Under the pieces are notes generated by a model. That model saw only the letters and a list, made by a program, of their open reading frames with translations. It did not search any database and was not told the DNA's origin. A stretch of 64,000 nucleotides of DNA, taken from assembly GCA_031459915.1 (NCBI GenBank), contig JAVKHO010000015.1:11099-75098 (forward strand). The letters are read 5' to 3'. Both the position numbers and the translations under genes were made by a program. The DNA comes from Candidatus Tepidifontimicrobium thermophilum. Its GTDB lineage: Bacteria; Sysuimicrobiota; Sysuimicrobiia; Sysuimicrobiales; Sysuimicrobiaceae. Below, one piece after another: positions 60,762 through 64,000 of the stretch; position 1 is the stretch's first letter; every line of letters starts with the position of its first letter.

Positions 60762-61115
60762 TCACTGCCCGCCCTCCACCAGCTCGAGCAGGTCCGACAG
60801 CCGGAACCGACGGTGCCCGCCCGCGGTCCGGGTGCACCGCAGCTTTCCCTGGTCTGTGTAGCGACGGAGGGTGGCTTTGCTGACGTTGAGGATCAACGAC
60901 GCCTCGTGCAGGGTGAGCTCGGGGTCCAGCAGGCGCCGGATGAGCTCCTCCCGGCTCTCCGAAAACGGCCGTCGGCCACCCCGAGGCGGCCGGGGAGGAG
61001 GCACGTCGATGGGCAGCGCCTCCTGTCGTGCCAGCCTGACCAGCTTGGCCCGCACGTCCGTACCTCCCCGCCGCCGGGCCCTGGCCGGTCCGTCGCCTGC
61101 TGACCGTCCGTCCAT
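60762..61115 (-). CDS. MerR/excisionase-type helix-turn-helix protein (BldC-like)
   Basis: LT..EA..IL.VS..TLRRY..QGKL..RTAGGHRRF; GAGGAGG RBS; alternative start 61055. Confidence 0.82.
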   Translation of the reverse strand: MDGRSAGDGPARARRRGGTDVRAKLVRLARQEALPIDVPPPRPPRGGRRPFSESREELIRRLLDPELTLHEASLILNVSKATLRRYTDQGKLRCTRTAGGHRRFRLSDLLELVEGGQ

Positions 61116-61300
61116 GACCTCCTCGAAAAACTTGACGGCTTTACTGCCAAAAGGCTACGAGAATTTTCGTGCCCCCCGCACAGGACTCCTGCGCGCAGGT
61201 CACGGATTCCGCGATTCGGGCCTCTGCGGTTGACTCGTCCACGCTGACTGCGCCTACCATAGGACCGACCTGGAAGTTGCAAGGTCCTGCGGAGGCGGCC

Positions 61301-62920
<1,620 letters not shown>

Positions 62921-62970
62921 GCCGGCTGCGGGTGGCGGGGGCCTGCCGCGCGCGGTACCATCGTCGTGCC

Positions 62971-64000
62971 ATGCGCCGCGTGTACCTAGACCACAGCGCC
63001 ACCAGCCCTGCCCTGCCGGAGGTCGTGGCGGCGGTGAGGGAGGTACTGGAGCGCATCCACGGGAACCCGGCCTCCCTGCACGGCATGGGGCTGGAAGCGG
63101 AGCGGGTCCTGGAGCGCAGCCGGCAGGTGCTGGCGGCCTCCCTCGGCGCCGACCCCTCTGAGGTGGTGTTCACCTCGGGGGGTACGGAGGCCAACAACCT
63201 GGCGGTGTTCGGGACCGCCTGGGCCCGGCAGAGGCCCCACGTGGTCGTCTCCGCCTTCGAGCACTCCTCGGTCCTCGAGCCCGCCCGGCGCCTCAGGGAG
63301 ATGGGGGTGGAAGTGGACTTCGCCCCGGTGGACCCCGAAGGGTTCGTGCGCACCGACGCCCTGGCGGACCTTCTACGGCCCCACACCGCCCTGGTGAGCG
63401 TGGTGCTGGTCAACAACGAGGTGGGGACGCTGCAGCCGGTGGCGGAGGTGGCAAAGCTTCTGGACGACGTCCAGACCCGCTGGGGCCGCCGCCCGCTCCT
63501 GCACACGGACGCGGTGCAGGCGTTCTGCCACGTCCCGTTCCGGGCGCGGGACCTGCGGGCCGACCTCGTGACGGTCTCTGCGCACAAACTGGGTGGCCCC
63601 AAAGGGGTGGGTGCCCTGTACGTCCGCAAGGGCGTCCGCCTGCAGCCCCTGCTTCTGGGTGGGGACCAGGAACGCGGGCTGCGGGGCGGGACGCCCAACC
63701 TGCCGGGCATCGCCGGGTTCGCGGCCGCGATCCGGTTCTGGGAGCGGGAAGGGGAGCGCCTGCGGGCCTGCTTCCGAGAGCTGTCCGCCCGGCTGCGAGC
63801 TGAGCTCGCTGACCTGTCCGGGCTACATTGGAACACCCCGCCCGACGCCCGCCGCACGGCCCCCCACATCCTCAACCTGTCCGTCCCGGGCCTTCGCGGC
63901 GAGGTCCTGGTGCACCGGCTGGAGCAGGAAGGCGTGTACGTGTCCACCGGCTCGGCCTGTCACTCGCGCCGTGCGCACCCCAGCCACGTGCTCCTGGCCA
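62971..64000 (+). CDS. cysteine desulfurase (IscS/NifS-like), runs off the window
   Basis: YLDHSAT, GNPASLH, FTSGGTEANN, HTDAVQ, SAHK..GPKG, STGSAC motifs. Confidence 0.9.
   Translation, partial: MRRVYLDHSATSPALPEVVAAVREVLERIHGNPASLHGMGLEAERVLERSRQVLAASLGADPSEVVFTSGGTEANNLAVFGTAWARQRPHVVVSAFEHSSVLEPARRLREMGVEVDFAPVDPEGFVRTDALADLLRPHTALVSVVLVNNEVGTLQPVAEVAKLLDDVQTRWGRRPLLHTDAVQAFCHVPFRARDLRADLVTVSAHKLGGPKGVGALYVRKGVRLQPLLLGGDQERGLRGGTPNLPGIAGFAAAIRFWEREGERLRACFRELSARLRAELADLSGLHWNTPPDARRTAPHILNLSVPGLRGEVLVHRLEQEGVYVSTGSACHSRRAHPSHVLLA

Noticed and set aside
60762-61115. Excisionase of a prophage or ICE
   Set aside because: No integrase, att repeat, tRNA or phage genes nearby; better explained as a BldC-like regulator
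61230-61260. Promoter TTGACT...TACCAT for the acyl-CoA ligase
   Set aside because: 19-nt spacer is too long to call with confidence

Overview
High-GC (roughly 70% by eye), densely coding bacterial chromosome segment with about 60 genes. The gene content looks Terrabacteria-like and probably thermophilic; an Armatimonadota-like origin is only a guess. No rRNA, tRNA, CRISPR array, integrase or transposase is visible. It is mostly housekeeping and metabolic: P-type ATPase-radA-PIN/TRAM-ispD-ispF-cysS, speD, nadE, peptidases, ppa, msrA, smc, acyl-CoA ligases and a partial cysteine desulfurase. Four loci stand out. (1) An orphan DGQHR (DndB/ParB-like) gene directly downstream of smc and an unannotated 51-aa basic protein, with a LexA-like box in its promoter, converging on a beta-CASP nuclease. 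(2) A GntR-controlled carboxylate catabolism cluster (PrpF isomerase, tripartite tricarboxylate transporter, orphan SdhA paralogue with an altered active-site loop, Ldh2 and IPMDH-like dehydrogenases). (3) A nitrogen operon amt-unknown membrane protein-flotillin-glnA with no PII gene and an intrinsic terminator in its leader. (4) An SAH-hydrolase homologue with several catalytic residues replaced. Also seen: two degraded genes (DoxX, PD-(D/E)xK nuclease) and a recurring -10 hexamer exactly 9 nt before SD-less start codons. All assignments come from motif recognition by eye; no searches were run.
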